64,000 nt of DNA, taken from the NCBI GenBank assembly GCA_016720545.1, contig JADKKK010000003.1, positions 281,516 through 345,515 on the forward strand. The letters run 5' to 3'. The translations under genes and the position numbers were made by a program. Below are positions 62,040 through 64,000 of the stretch, piece after piece. The DNA comes from Myxococcales bacterium. Lineage in GTDB: Bacteria > Myxococcota_A > Polyangia > Polyangiales > Polyangiaceae. The notes beneath the pieces are model-generated. The model saw only the letters and a program-made list of their open reading frames with translations. It was not told where the DNA came from and made no database searches. Position 1 is the stretch's first letter. Each line of letters starts with the position of its first letter.

Positions 62040-63482
62040 GCGGCGGCCACGCGGGACGCGCCTCGCCGCTCGCGAGCGCATTGCCCCGAGCGGCGGGGTG
62101 CGCAGCGACACCACGCCGTCGGGGAAGAAGTCGTCGAAGCGGAGCGTGCGCGCGCGCTCGAGCCGTTCGGCCACTGCCGCCGCGCGATCGAACGCGAGCC
62201 CCACGCCATGCACGCGCAGATCGCCCTCGAGCCTGTGGCGCAGGTGCGTGAGGCGCTTCAGCGTGGAGAGGTACGCGCCGCGCCAGATCTCCAGGTAGGG
62301 CCGGTGGTCCATCGGGTTCTGCGAGATGAGGCGCCGCAGCCGGTTGGCGGGCACGAACGTGTACGTGCTCACGTCGGGGTGCTTGCGCAGCACCGAGTTT
62401 CGCGTGGCCTCGTAGCGCGTATAGGAGATGGTGCGCACGTCCTGGTCGATGTTGTAGAGGAGGCCGCGGCGATCGTTGTAGCCGGGCGTCCGCGCGACGT
62501 ACGGGAGGAACGGGTCGAGCACGAAGATGAGCGTCGCGCCCCGGCGCATGGCCTCGACGAAGTTCGACGTGCGGGTGATCGCGCCGTCTTCGTAGTAGCG
62601 GCCGCCGATGGGGGTCGCCGAGAACGCGGGGTTGATGCTCAGCGAGGCCTGGATCGCTCGGCTGATCGGCACGTCGCTGTGCGTCTCGTCGCCGAACAGC
62701 ACGTGCGTGCGGGCGTCTTGGTCGGTCGCGCCCACGAAGAGCCGGCCGCCGAGGCGCGCGAAGTCGTTGGTGGCGCCGGGCGCGGTGAGGATGGCGCGGA
62801 GCGTGGTCTCGAAGCGGTCGGCCCGGAACGGCGGCGCGACGAGGTCCACGTAGTCGAACAACAGCTGCTCGCGCGAGAGCCCGCGCGCGCGGCGCAGGGG
62901 TCGCGTGAGGCCTGTCCACGCGGTCTTGGCGGCGAAGCCGAGGCGCCGCGCGAAGCCGGAGACGTCGAGGTGCCCGAGCCGAAAGATGCGCAGATCGAGG
63001 GGCGCGATGCGGCCGCCGGGGTGGCCGGCGATGGCGGCCATGAACTCGTCGACCGAGGGTAGCCCATCGCGATGGGGCCGTTCACGACGGCGCCCGCGCT
63101 GATGCCGAAGTACATGTCGAAGCCGTTGGCGCCGCCGGCGTCGAGGCAGTCGTCTAGGCACTTCATGACGCCGAGCTCGAAGAAGATCCCGGTGATACCG
63201 CCACCCGCCGCGCAGAGCGCCCGCTTGCCGGTCTTGCGCTCGGTGAGGGCGCGGCGCGCCTCGGCGAGGAACACGGCGCCCCACACGCCGTCGGCGCCCG
63301 CCTCGCGCTCCGCAGAGGGACTCGTGCCACACCACGCGCCCGACGCCGCGCGCGCCGAGCTCGAGGACGAGGCGGTCGGTGGCGGCGCAGGCGGCCCCGG
63401 AGAGCAGCACCACGATGCGGTGGAACGCGTAGCGGTCTTCCACGTCCTCGGTGGCGTCGAGGCGGTCGAGCACGTCGAACAC
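62040..63482 (-). pseudogene. Patatin-like phospholipase, N-terminal catalytic region in a different frame from the remainder; 3' end uncertain
   Basis: GGGITGIFFELGVMKCL...YFGISAGAVVNG (oxyanion GGGxxG and GxSxG) in the ORF 62639..63994 frame. ...PIGGRYYEDGAITRTSN... (Asp of the dyad) and the rest in the ORF 61770..63482 frame. Confidence 0.6.
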
Positions 63483-63885
63483 GCCCGCGGCTCGCGCGGC
63501 GCGGTCGGCGCCGTCGGCCCCCGCGGAGGCCGAGCACGAGGAGGTTCCCGTACGACCGGTGCAGCTCCGCGACGAGCTCGCCTACCTCGGGCCGGCTCAC
63601 GAGGTCGCAGGCGAGCCCTTCCCACACGACCGTGCCCGCAGCGACCGACGCGTGCTCCGCCGGAGAGAGCGACCGGACGAAGCCCTCGAACTGCGCCTCG
63701 GAGGGCCGTGGAGCAGAGAATTCGCTTGGGTTTTTCAGCGGTTGGCACCAGGGAAGCCACCTCAGGCGGTGGTCCGCGTGAACCTGAAGGTGAGCCCGAA
63801 GGCGCGAACGGAGGGTCGATGGCGACCCCGAGCCGGAGGCGAGGTGGCGACCTGACCGACATTCCCACGGAAGGCGCGCCTACTC

Positions 63886-64000
63886 GGTGACGAGGCCCGC
63901 CTCGCGCGCCTGCCTCGCGCGCCGCCGGTCGAGCAGCGTGCGCAGCGCGGGTGGGAGGCCCTGAGACACCTGGTCCTCGGACACGTCGCCGCACTGCCGG
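63886..64000 (-). CDS. 3' end of an unidentified gene entering from beyond the window
   Basis: Reverse frame ...CGDVSEDQVSQGLPPALRTLLDRRRARQAREAGLVTE* with stop at 63886-63888. Function unknown. Confidence 0.3.

Overview
This 64 kb window is very GC-rich (about 70%+ by eye) and reads like a Myxococcota chromosome. It is densely packed with lipoproteins, a Ser/Thr kinase, a PhaR-type regulator and an Rpn-type nuclease. All calls below come from reading the supplied six-frame translations and the nucleotide sequence by eye; no searches were run.

Main content, left to right:
- Housekeeping and regulatory genes: kbl (truncated at the window edge), an S41 C-terminal protease, a group-3 sigma factor, and a SNF2-family helicase.
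- An envelope locus: a DUF4398-like lipoprotein with an OmpA-family protein, a Ser/Thr kinase, a GH36 alpha-galactosidase and a Kelch beta-propeller.
- A minus-strand operon: an orphan ABC ATPase, a HlyD adaptor, a LolE-like permease, a LolD ATPase, an M20 peptidase and a one-POTRA Omp85-family barrel. The peptidase stop codon overlaps the barrel's start codon.
- A redox/stress module: PhaR, an ECF sigma factor with a ZAS-type anti-sigma factor, GshB, and a protein with two FHA domains.
- A cluster of secreted lipoproteins, including paralogues ending in ...RFYCF(EQ/QK) and two small Cys-rich lipoproteins.
- A decayed defence island (about 38.7–51.3 kb): vapBC, a type I restriction-modification system (hsdR, hsdM, hsdS), and an embedded XRE-ImmA gene plus a nucleotidyltransferase-like gene. 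hsdR, hsdS and XRE-ImmA are each interrupted by several frameshifts. Palindromic GC-rich repeats sit in the island's intergenic regions.
- The final 13 kb: an Rpn-family nuclease, further lipoproteins, a porin, tRNA-Ser(CGA), WbuC, FKBP, a VOC protein, a TlpA-like redoxin, two YceI genes and a patatin-like gene.

Three things stand out:
- A roughly 90-nt non-coding element occurs twice (16.56–16.69 kb and 61.90–61.99 kb) in circularly permuted order. One half carries a perfect TGATCGAAGATCA palindrome.
- Every frameshift junction I could resolve is a +1 or -1 indel in a G or C run. These are dense after 56 kb. They may be homopolymer sequencing errors rather than real pseudogenes.
- Many long antisense ORFs in the track are GC artefacts and were rejected.
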